Source of the DNA: Nanobdellota archaeon
Lineage (GTDB): Archaea; Nanobdellota; Nanobdellia; Parvarchaeales; Parvarchaeaceae
Assembly: GCA_021802505.1 (NCBI GenBank)
Contig: JAJZXE010000003.1
Span: forward strand, 8,926 to 72,925
Direction of reading: 5' to 3'
Length of the DNA stretch: 64,000 bases
Part shown: in pieces, positions 1-8,467 of the stretch
How the letters are laid out: each line of letters begins with the position of its first letter
Numbering within the stretch: the first letter of the stretch is position 1
The notes under the pieces: generated by a model
Told to the model about the DNA's origin: nothing
Databases searched by the model: none
Seen by the model: the letters and a program-made list of their open reading frames with translations, nothing else
Made by a program: the position numbers and the translations under genes

Positions 1-333
1 TCAAAGTACGTTAAAAACGCGGGGAAATTGATTGATGAGCTAAATAGGAATGACATAGAAATATACTCCGTTGATTTTGATTACGGTGAAAAATCCGCAT
101 CTATTTTTCTTCAGATTAAAAATACACCCAAGACAAGGACAAAACTCGTATACGGTCCGCTCGTTTCTTCGGATATAGAGATAATCAGGAGTTTTATCCA
201 CGCGCATAAAAACGTTTTTTTATCTGGAGTGCACCTCAGCTATGATAAGAATTACAATGTAAAAAATTTCAATAAATTTATATTGGTTAAAATAAAAGAA
301 TATATGTCTCCAAAATCAGTATTAATGAATTGA
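1..333 (+). CDS. hypothetical protein, C-terminal part (5' end outside window)
   Basis: Frame is open from nt 1 to TGA 331-333. The track start at 28 is an internal TTG. No motif recognised. Confidence 0.4.
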   Translation, partial: SKYVKNAGKLIDELNRNDIEIYSVDFDYGEKSASIFLQIKNTPKTRTKLVYGPLVSSDIEIIRSFIHAHKNVFLSGVHLSYDKNYNVKNFNKFILVKIKEYMSPKSVLMN

Positions 334-334
334 T

Positions 335-406
335 GCCCGAGTAGCTCAACGGCAGAGCACTTGGCTGTTAACCAAGGCGTTGCAGGTTCGAATCCTGCCC
401 CGGGCG
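335..406 (+). tRNA. tRNA-Asn (anticodon GUU)
   Basis: Cloverleaf readable by eye: acceptor GCCCGAG/CCCGGGC (one A-C mismatch), anticodon arm CUUGG-CUGUUAA-CCAAG, T arm GCAGG-UUCGAAU-CCUGC. No encoded CCA. Confidence 0.9.
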
Positions 407-407
407 C

Positions 408-414
408 TTTTTTT
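408..414 (+). terminator. oligo-T tract after tRNA-Asn (archaeal-type terminator)
   Basis: TTTTTTT lies directly 3' of the tRNA. Confidence 0.4.
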
Positions 415-456
415 AAAACAGTAGTATATGTTTATCCGCGTAAAATCGCAAAAATA

Positions 457-468
457 AAAGTATTTATA
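457..468 (+). promoter_or_regulatory. BRE/TATA-like box for ORF 491
   Basis: AAAGTATTTATA lies 23-34 nt upstream of ATG 491. The same 11-mer recurs at 26026. Confidence 0.4.
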
Positions 469-490
469 CTAGTTTTAATCGTAAGAATCT

Positions 491-1195
491 ATGGGACTTT
501 TTGATGTGATAAACTTTGCAGCCGAGAAGGCATATAAAAAATACAAGGGATCGAAGATGGAGAGTGCCATGGATGCCCTTCTTAGCGCTTTGGAAACGAA
601 TTCCGTTAACATAGAAGTTTTGCCCTACAAGGAAGGTGAGGATTACCACGTAATAAAAGGGAGGGTTTACAGATTAAAGAATGAAGAGATGGGCAGTTCA
701 ACAGCTCCGTACTTTTTAACCACCAGCGACTGGCTTGTAAAAGGGGGCGTCGATATCAATAATGACAATATCTACCATTCTTCCTTTCTTGAAAAAGGAG
801 CATATACTTCTATAAAATTAAGGGAAAAATATCTGAATTTAGCAAAGAATTATTCGGCTAAATATGGTTCTAATTCAGTACTAACCTCACTGTTTGTATA
901 TCTACCTGAAAGTAAATTTTTAATGGCGATGCCAAGATACATAAGGGATAAACACGGTACGGTCCTGATTGCAAATAAAGTTGCGCACGAAGATTTTAAT
1001 GCGTTTGAAAAGATGAGGGCCGAGCACCCTGAGAATATGGTAAATAATCTGCACAATTTTTATTACAGAGCGAAATTTTTTGCATATCTTGTCGCGAATG
1101 AGCTCAATCAATACGATAAAACTAACTTGGATAACGCATTCAGTAAATTTGAAGAAAAACACGGACACGGTGCAGAGATTTCCTATACTTATTAG
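491..1195 (+). CDS. hypothetical cytoplasmic protein (234 aa)
   Basis: Clean ORF behind a TATA-like box. No hydrophobic segment and no family motif recognised. Confidence 0.6.
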   Translation: MGLFDVINFAAEKAYKKYKGSKMESAMDALLSALETNSVNIEVLPYKEGEDYHVIKGRVYRLKNEEMGSSTAPYFLTTSDWLVKGGVDINNDNIYHSSFLEKGAYTSIKLREKYLNLAKNYSAKYGSNSVLTSLFVYLPESKFLMAMPRYIRDKHGTVLIANKVAHEDFNAFEKMRAEHPENMVNNLHNFYYRAKFFAYLVANELNQYDKTNLDNAFSKFEEKHGHGAEISYTY

Positions 1196-1216
1196 ACAGC
1201 CCGTAGTTTCTAAATG

Positions 1217-1227
1217 AATTTATATTA
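1217..1227 (+). promoter_or_regulatory. TATA-like box for the six-gene surface-protein operon
   Basis: AATTTATATTA is centred about 25 nt upstream of ATG 1247. No comparable box occurs at the internal gene junctions. Confidence 0.4.
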
Positions 1228-1246
1228 ACAGAGTATACTTCTTTTT

Positions 1247-3667
1247 ATGCTAACCAGAAAGGCACAGATAGTCATAGGTATAGGAATCATCATCTTATCC
1301 GCGGCTTTTCTCTTAGTGGGTGTTTATTTTGCCAATCTTCAGGGCTTATTCTTCCAGAACGGAGCGAGGTCACTGCAGTTATTTGCGGATAACATAGGTT
1401 TTTCAATAAATTCACTGTACAGTGCACCCTCCTCAATGAGTATAACACTGGCGGGGAACAATTCACTATGCAGCTGGAATCCTTCTATATCGGCCTATAC
1501 ATGTGCGGGAGGATCAAAAGTCTATAATCTTTCGTATGCCAACGGCCCTACATTAGACGCTGGTAAAAATGTTTTCAGCGTAGCATTATGTTTCATGATA
1601 GGATATGGTTTCGGAGGAGTTGGTGGTTCTACCTCCGGTGCAAAAGAAGGCGTCGATGCAGCCACGCAGGTCTCTACAGAGGTTGCAAAGGATACGGAGA
1701 ACACTCTTGTGCAGACGGGTGAGCAGGCCGCACACGAATTACCAGCGACAGCGATTGAAGATACGGGCCAGAGTGCTGGAGAATCTCCAAGTTTATTGAG
1801 CAGACTCGGAACACGCATAAAAAACGGCTTAATAACCAACATAAAACATCCTTTTATACAGGATTTGCCGGAGGATTCTCTTCTCTCGAGCAGTATGTCA
1901 ACCATAAGAGAGGCCTTAAGAACTTCTTCTGCATTTATACCGGTTGCAGTAGCATCAATGTCAGCTGCATTGGTTGCTGTCCCCATCTTTGAATTATGGT
2001 TTGGAACAAGCAGCAGTACACTAAATACGTATGTAACTAAGGGCATATACATAAACGGCCAGCAAATAGGTGCATTAACAGGGCCGTCAGTTTCAATAAG
2101 CCAGCAGATAGCGGCGGCTTATCTAAACCAGGAGCCTCTGCCGTTCAAATATGCAGCGGCGGACTTTGTATTGCAGCAATACTCTCAGTTATTATCCAGC
2201 GAGCAGACTCTGAATTCTTTGCCGCCCGGACTGGGAAAAGATACCCTGTTGTTGTTTACCGCAAAGCAGATCGCGGTGAAACAGAACGTATTATCAGAGT
2301 TGTCAGCAGGCGCTTCGGCTTCAACAAATCCTTATTCAACACCTACTTCTGGCGTTTCATCTCCTGGAGTTTTAAGCTCGCCAAACTCTTTGGTAGGTTC
2401 AGTTCATTTATCAGCAAACGGGGCCGATCCGCTCCTTTCGATACCCTTTTTCCTCGCACAGAATGCATTTCTTGTTTATGCAAGGACCGCTAGCTGTTTA
2501 AGTATACCGTCACAGCCATTAAACGTTAACAGTTATAATTCTGTTGGGAAGGGGGTTTCATCTTTAACCTCTGAATTTGGTGCGGCAACTACTCTGGTAA
2601 ACATATATACCAAAATAAACAGCATTCTGCCGCTCGGAACATATTTTGTAGGCTATGGCGGGGAGGTTTATCTTAACGGTCAGTCGAGCGGAAGGCCGAC
2701 ACAGGTAACAGCTCCACTAATAACAGATATGAATGATATGTGTGAGTTGGCCCAAACTACTTCTGAACCGGGACAGAATCTCAGAACGATTATACAGCCA
2801 AGCGGAAACGGCTCTATCACTTTTTCATTGTCTCAGGGCCTTTACAACACCCTCTGTTCTTCAAATAATGCGCTGTTCCCGCACACCTTGCAGACAGAAT
2901 TAAACGGCCTTTTGAACGCTAATGCAAGTGATAAAAACATGACTGTTCTTCTTCCACCGGGAGATTCGCTTGCAATCTCGAATACCGGTAAAAACATAGA
3001 TTTATGTATTTATAGCATACTGATAGATTCCTTTGGCTCTCCCGTTATATCTGCCGGTAATTTTAACAGCGCTTCATTTAATGCGACTGAGTTCGGTTCA
3101 CCGGTTTCATGCGTAAATCTTACTAATCTTAGTGGCGGAGCGGTAAATATCGGTATAAGTTCCGGTGAATTAACAGCATTAAACAATGACATGCAGAATA
3201 ACCGGGATTTCTACATAAATAACGGGTCTTTGCTTGGTTTCTCGGTTCCTATAACCGATTTCCCAAATCAAATCACCGCAACCAGTCTCTTAGGTACAAA
3301 CAGTTTCTTATCCGCCGGTAACTTTATAGCGGGAGGGCAGCCCGCAATAAGAAAAGACTTGGGCATAAATTTTCCGGTTGCTTCATTGATAGCTTCTATA
3401 ATAGGAAAGAAGATACCTAAATTACAGGCAGGGATATCGACTTCACTGGACAATTTTTTAATAACGCCCTTGTACCAATTGTCTTCCTCTAATACAAATC
3501 TTTCATATTACCAAACGGATTATGCAAACGTTACGATTGAATTCGGAAGGACAACCGCCGGCGGCGTAACAACCTATAATATCAACAAAGTATTCGATAA
3601 CTTGGTGTTTGGAGTGTATCCAAACAATCTAAATTCGTTTGGAGGTACTTACTTTTCAGGGAGTTGA
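1247..3667 (+). CDS. operon gene 1: 806-aa membrane/surface protein with class III (prepilin-like) signal motif
   Basis: N-terminus MLTRKA/QIVIGIGIIILSAAFLLVGVYF. Two more hydrophobic segments flank an acidic loop. The remainder is Ser/Thr/Asn/Gly-rich with few charges. Confidence 0.75.
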   Translation: MLTRKAQIVIGIGIIILSAAFLLVGVYFANLQGLFFQNGARSLQLFADNIGFSINSLYSAPSSMSITLAGNNSLCSWNPSISAYTCAGGSKVYNLSYANGPTLDAGKNVFSVALCFMIGYGFGGVGGSTSGAKEGVDAATQVSTEVAKDTENTLVQTGEQAAHELPATAIEDTGQSAGESPSLLSRLGTRIKNGLITNIKHPFIQDLPEDSLLSSSMSTIREALRTSSAFIPVAVASMSAALVAVPIFELWFGTSSSTLNTYVTKGIYINGQQIGALTGPSVSISQQIAAAYLNQEPLPFKYAAADFVLQQYSQLLSSEQTLNSLPPGLGKDTLLLFTAKQIAVKQNVLSELSAGASASTNPYSTPTSGVSSPGVLSSPNSLVGSVHLSANGADPLLSIPFFLAQNAFLVYARTASCLSIPSQPLNVNSYNSVGKGVSSLTSEFGAATTLVNIYTKINSILPLGTYFVGYGGEVYLNGQSSGRPTQVTAPLITDMNDMCELAQTTSEPGQNLRTIIQPSGNGSITFSLSQGLYNTLCSSNNALFPHTLQTELNGLLNANASDKNMTVLLPPGDSLAISNTGKNIDLCIYSILIDSFGSPVISAGNFNSASFNATEFGSPVSCVNLTNLSGGAVNIGISSGELTALNNDMQNNRDFYINNGSLLGFSVPITDFPNQITATSLLGTNSFLSAGNFIAGGQPAIRKDLGINFPVASLIASIIGKKIPKLQAGISTSLDNFLITPLYQLSSSNTNLSYYQTDYANVTIEFGRTTAGGVTTYNINKVFDNLVFGVYPNNLNSFGGTYFSGS

Positions 3668-3675
3668 AATAGGAC

Positions 3676-4482
3676 ATGGCATTAGTTGAGATGATGGCGT
3701 TTTTGAATGCAGGGATACTGATAGTTGCATTTGCCCTGCTTTTGGTCGTTTTATCATTCAGTGTCTCTCAAATCAACAGTACGAGTGTATTTGCAAATTC
3801 AGAAGCGGTGGCAACAGGTATAGGAACCAGGCTGATAACCTCTCCGAACTGTTTTGCCTACAAAAATACCATTTCATACTATAATTCGAGTCTGGATGCT
3901 CAGGGCGGGCCTCTTTATTCTTCATCATATACGGAACCGGGGGTAATAGATCTTAACAAGTTTATCGAAAATTACTTTCTTTCGTGCATGCAATATATAT
4001 ATTTTGGAGGGTCGACGGATGTCCCGGCTCTTCAGTCCGATTTAACCGCTGCCACAGGCGTTTCATTGACTCTTGCCGACACACAGGATCCGACCGAACT
4101 CGGCCCGACCGGTTCTTTGTATCTTTCCAATTATAATCAGTTTAATTTCGGAGGCAGTTTTCAACAGACAGAGGCGTTGATACAAAAATACGCCCAGACG
4201 GCAGAGTATGCTGCAATGGGCGTAAGCATGGTTACAAGTCTGGCGGTAATGATAGCTACCGGCGGTGCTGTGCAGTTTAATGTAATTTTAGCAGTGGGAC
4301 AGCAGTCCACTACGGAGATAACGCCGCAGTATGCATTGGCCAGCGTATTCTATTCTGAAAACACCTACACAGAATCTTTTCCCGTAGAGATACAGTTTAC
4401 AAACGCGCAGGGCCAGCCTACTTTTCAGAATAGCGGAGTGTTAAAAATTGCGGTAACATATGGAATTCCACCTTACAGCTAG
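3676..4482 (+). CDS. operon gene 2: 268-aa protein with pilin-type N-terminal helix but no leader
   Basis: Starts M-ALVEMMAFLNAGILIVAFALLLVV, resembling the SALEYMMTYGWAILIIV helix of the 26067 gene. It lies 8 nt after gene 1. A second hydrophobic stretch (MGVSMVTSLAVMIATGGAV) lies in the C-terminal third of the protein. Confidence 0.7.
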   Translation: MALVEMMAFLNAGILIVAFALLLVVLSFSVSQINSTSVFANSEAVATGIGTRLITSPNCFAYKNTISYYNSSLDAQGGPLYSSSYTEPGVIDLNKFIENYFLSCMQYIYFGGSTDVPALQSDLTAATGVSLTLADTQDPTELGPTGSLYLSNYNQFNFGGSFQQTEALIQKYAQTAEYAAMGVSMVTSLAVMIATGGAVQFNVILAVGQQSTTEITPQYALASVFYSENTYTESFPVEIQFTNAQGQPTFQNSGVLKIAVTYGIPPYS

Positions 4483-5041
4483 AAATAGAAAGGGCCAGCT
4501 AACGATGTTAGACCTGGTGTTAGCCCCGCTTGCGGCCGTAGTCCTTGCGGTTCTGGCGTCTGCATTGCTGCACAGTGCCACAGCTAATTTATTGACGGCG
4601 GTTAGTCAGCAGCCCGGTTCATTTTCCTGTAATTTTGCCCTGGATTCTCTTTATAGCACTTATTATATTCATACAGCCGCGGCATTATCACAGCTGGCTT
4701 TGTCAAATCCGAGCCAGTACTCGCTGTCAGAATCGACTAAACAGCAGAGTTTATCCGCCAATTGTAGCGGAGCGTGTACTCCTACCTATAGTTATGTACA
4801 GAGCTATCTCTATAATTCTACTTCTCTCTTTTCTGATTTTATAGGTTATTTCTCTGGTTTTTCCTTTAGTAATTTTAAGGTGTTAACCGGCCAGCAGGCC
4901 GCAACTTTAAGCGCACTGGGCATGCAGGTCTATCTGAATCAGATACCTGCAGGGGTCACCGGAACGACGGAATGCAGCATGCAGGTTTATAATCCGGTGG
5001 ATCCTTCAAGACCGTATACTTTATATGGGGTGATGAACTAA
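4460..5041 (+). CDS. operon gene 3: 193-aa class III signal peptide (pilin-like) protein
   Basis: MEFHLTARNRKG/QLTMLDLVLAPLAAVVLAVLASALL. Overlaps gene 2 by 23 nt. Confidence 0.75.
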   Translation: MEFHLTARNRKGQLTMLDLVLAPLAAVVLAVLASALLHSATANLLTAVSQQPGSFSCNFALDSLYSTYYIHTAAALSQLALSNPSQYSLSESTKQQSLSANCSGACTPTYSYVQSYLYNSTSLFSDFIGYFSGFSFSNFKVLTGQQAATLSALGMQVYLNQIPAGVTGTTECSMQVYNPVDPSRPYTLYGVMN

Positions 5042-8000
5042 TGAACAGGAAAGGGCAGGCGAATATGATTGTTGTCCTTGGCATGGTGGCAGCTACAATA
5101 TATATAATGCTAAATGCCTTTGGATATATAAGCAATGTCGGTCTCAGCTCAAAAATAGAGATAACAGCGCAGAACAGCATATACCAGACGCTTGCACTGA
5201 AGGATTATCTTATCCAGGAGGCAAATTACAACTTTCAGAAGGCCCAGCTTTTCGACGGATTAACGCTGAAGCCCAGTTCCGTCGGTTGTGGCTATATCAA
5301 CACCTCGCAGTCCCTTCCCTTTGTACCTCTGCCGAAGGTTTATTACTGGAGGAATCTGGCCGGCCAGATCTGTCTTCCGAATAATAATCTAATAACCTAC
5401 GGTCTGGAAACACTTTTAAACAAGAAATCATTCGACATAATAAACTCCTCAAACATAGACATACAATCGAATCTTGTCCTTAATTTGTCGAATAGAAATG
5501 GAAATGTATGGTATAATAATTTCTCTGCCCCGTTCCTTTCGGGCAAATACACTTTTTTTTACAACGGATCAGCAGCAACGTTTTCGATATGCGAATGGTC
5601 TAACAGCGGCTGCAGTTATGTCCTTAATGATTCTCCGTTGGGTGTGAATTTCAATATCTCAAATCTAGAGTTTACTTCTCTTCCGCTGCAAAATATAGTC
5701 TCCGGAGTTATATCTCAGTCCAGTTCTGTAAGTGCTTTCTTCACAGACTCAAGCGTTTCACCTTCAAGCCAGTATTCCCTGGTGACTTTTCCGGATGGAA
5801 ACGTTGCGATAATATACACAAATACAACAAACGGTGTAGCCAGTTTTTACCTCACGCCGATGCCCAATCAGAATATTTACACCCTGAACGGTGTTATGGC
5901 TTACGACTCTGCAAACGGTATAACTGATAAAATAGAACTTGTCAATAATTCTGCCAGAGGATTTATCTTTGACGGTGTAAATTACACTTTTTCGGTTTCT
6001 TCGGACGTAAACGGAATATTTTCAATAGCTCCGAGCAATTATAAAATGTTCGGGATCCAGCCAAAGTTTGTGTATTATAAATATATATTGAACAGCATAC
6101 AAAATTCCGGCACGCAGAATCTTCTCTTTCCGAACAACCAGAATATTTACGTCTCGTATTCCGTATTTCCTTTATACTCTCCCCAGGTCTGCGTGAATTA
6201 CAATGAGGGACAGTATAACCTGCAGAATTGCATGACGCTGTCCGATTCCATAACAGGTAATAATTACCTGAGCCAGATAATGCAGCTTGGTATTGCTTTC
6301 GTAAATGAGAGTTTTCCGGTTGGAAACCAGAAAATAGAGGGATTTGCACAGTATGAAATTGATAATTACATATCAAATGCCATAAATGCAGTAAACCTAA
6401 AAACAGTTTCGGTAAACGGCAGACCGAAATATGACTGGTATTCAGCGCTAATACTTGCACTGGGTTCGCCGCAGGGTACGAATTATCTGATTGGCAAGCT
6501 GGCAAGGGTAAAAGAACCGTATTACAGTACTTATATATACAATTGTGAGCAGAACGTTTCTGATATACAGTACTGCAGAAGCCTTTTATCTTCTACACTT
6601 TCGCAGGATATTGTTTCGTTACTGCAGCAGCAGATGCCGCAGGAGTTGAGTTTTCTTTCCGGAACCAATTTTAATATAAATGTGTTGAATCTTTCTGTAA
6701 ATGCCAGTGAACTTCATTCCTGCGTCAATGCAAGTAATTACAGTGTAAAATCAAATTATACCTACTCGGTAAAAAGTGTGCCGGTGAGCGGGAACTATTC
6801 GGAAGAGGTGCTTGGTATACCCATTGCTTTGGATTTCGGCTATCAGAACAGCCTTAATTTAGTGCCGACTGAGTCATGCGGCATACAGAAATCGCCGTAT
6901 TCGACCGGCTATCCGGGATTTTCAGAGGCATTGGTAACAAATAATTTTACTTATATAAATTGCGCTCCGGCAATATCACAGGAGTTTTTAAATCATACAT
7001 GCATTGCCAGTTTAGAGACTTCAAACTCAAATGTTGCGGATTATCTTAATTCCAGCAGCTCCGCAGGGCAGGGAGAATACTGCAGGGAGGAAACAAACGG
7101 GGAGTATTTCTGTCCGTATTATAAAATCTCCAGCTTTTCCTATAAGAACTGGCTTACGAGCAGCAACAGCTGCCCGGATTACTTTGTTATAGACAAGGAA
7201 AATTTCACAACCTCTCAGAGCAATAACAATTACAGATTGGTTTCCGTTTATGGCGGCGGTGCAGATTCGGCTAGTTTATCATTTTACAACCGGACATTTG
7301 CGCTGTACAACGGCTCATTAAATCTGCCTGAAAATTTCAGTTTTAACGTGGGTTTCAATTCAAGCGGCCCGTATGCCGGTGTAGATGCATTCTTCTCCGG
7401 TAACTCTCACTTAACCGGCAATGTTATATCCGCTTCATTTAATTCAGTACAGGACCCCATAGGCATATACAATTATTCCGTATCAACGGATTCATTGTCA
7501 TTATTAAGCGGGTCTAATAATTTTCTTTCGCCGGGCGCAGAAAGTGAACTTAGCTTTGACAGGTATTGCACGGTTAAAACAGGCTGCAACCTGACGGCTT
7601 ACCTTAATTCAAACCTGGAAAGTAATTTTTACAGTAATTCAACCGCCGTTAAATCAAACGTTAATCTATTGGGCGTTTCCACCACCTCAAAGTCCTCCTC
7701 TGATATCATAAGTTATGCCTTTGTAAGTAATTATATTCCGGTTTACAAACCGGTTATAAATCAGCTTGCCTACTCATCAGCAGCCCAGCTGAACCCCTCG
7801 CTTAATGCTTCATTCGGACTTACAACGGACAATAATACATATTTCAACGAGTTTTTAATAAATTCATCAAACTTTTCAGATGCATACCAGCTTGCGGTCT
7901 ACTTAAACAGCAATTTCAATTTCGGATATATGCTGCCGGGTTATATAAAAATATTCGGGGTTTACTCCAATAATGCCGTTTCCCAGTTTTATTGGTGGAA

Positions 8001-8466
8001 TCAGACAGATATACAGAATGGAGGTGTAATCTGGGTTAATCTGACAAACAAGGTACCGGCGGAATTATACATAGTTTATGGACAGGGTGCGGTTTATAAC
8101 GGCAAATTCTCGGACAACGGTTCGGAAGTATTTCCGTTTTTCTATTCTGCAAGCGGAGACAACGCCGCTTTCAATTTTCTCTATCCAAATAATGACCAGC
8201 ACAATTTCAATGCATACTACTCTAATGTAGGTTTAAATCTTTCAAACACAGAACCGGTACCGCCGTATATATACAATTCAACCCTAAACTCATATTATGA
8301 GGAGTTCGCGTGCATTAATGTAAATCCGTTCAAACTAACGCTGTTAAATGCCACATATTCCGCTTATCCTCCAAACTTTAATATAAATGAACTGTATAAT
8401 GATTTTAGCACGTTATATCCAAACCTTACTGTAATTGGAAAGAAGACATATGACAGCTGGCCTTAA
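5041..8466 (+). CDS. operon gene 4: 1141-aa class III signal peptide surface protein with C-terminal DUF2341-like module
   Basis: MNRKG/QANMIVVLGMVAATIYIML. TAATG overlap with gene 3. The C-terminal segment FYWWNQ...VIWVNL...LYIVYGQG...VFPFFY parallels the DUF2341 region of the 26067 gene. Confidence 0.8.
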   Translation: MNRKGQANMIVVLGMVAATIYIMLNAFGYISNVGLSSKIEITAQNSIYQTLALKDYLIQEANYNFQKAQLFDGLTLKPSSVGCGYINTSQSLPFVPLPKVYYWRNLAGQICLPNNNLITYGLETLLNKKSFDIINSSNIDIQSNLVLNLSNRNGNVWYNNFSAPFLSGKYTFFYNGSAATFSICEWSNSGCSYVLNDSPLGVNFNISNLEFTSLPLQNIVSGVISQSSSVSAFFTDSSVSPSSQYSLVTFPDGNVAIIYTNTTNGVASFYLTPMPNQNIYTLNGVMAYDSANGITDKIELVNNSARGFIFDGVNYTFSVSSDVNGIFSIAPSNYKMFGIQPKFVYYKYILNSIQNSGTQNLLFPNNQNIYVSYSVFPLYSPQVCVNYNEGQYNLQNCMTLSDSITGNNYLSQIMQLGIAFVNESFPVGNQKIEGFAQYEIDNYISNAINAVNLKTVSVNGRPKYDWYSALILALGSPQGTNYLIGKLARVKEPYYSTYIYNCEQNVSDIQYCRSLLSSTLSQDIVSLLQQQMPQELSFLSGTNFNINVLNLSVNASELHSCVNASNYSVKSNYTYSVKSVPVSGNYSEEVLGIPIALDFGYQNSLNLVPTESCGIQKSPYSTGYPGFSEALVTNNFTYINCAPAISQEFLNHTCIASLETSNSNVADYLNSSSSAGQGEYCREETNGEYFCPYYKISSFSYKNWLTSSNSCPDYFVIDKENFTTSQSNNNYRLVSVYGGGADSASLSFYNRTFALYNGSLNLPENFSFNVGFNSSGPYAGVDAFFSGNSHLTGNVISASFNSVQDPIGIYNYSVSTDSLSLLSGSNNFLSPGAESELSFDRYCTVKTGCNLTAYLNSNLESNFYSNSTAVKSNVNLLGVSTTSKSSSDIISYAFVSNYIPVYKPVINQLAYSSAAQLNPSLNASFGLTTDNNTYFNEFLINSSNFSDAYQLAVYLNSNFNFGYMLPGYIKIFGVYSNNAVSQFYWWNQTDIQNGGVIWVNLTNKVPAELYIVYGQGAVYNGKFSDNGSEVFPFFYSASGDNAAFNFLYPNNDQHNFNAYYSNVGLNLSNTEPVPPYIYNSTLNSYYEEFACINVNPFKLTLLNATYSAYPPNFNINELYNDFSTLYPNLTVIGKKTYDSWP

Positions 8467-8467
8467 T

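Noticed and set aside
8435-8466. Possible programmed frameshift or fusion between the 1141-aa and 3003-aa ORFs (32-nt overlap)
   Set aside because: The overlap exists only if the TTG at 8435 is used. An ATG at 8468 lies 1 nt after the upstream stop and immediately precedes the hydrophobic anchor. Ordinary translational coupling explains this.
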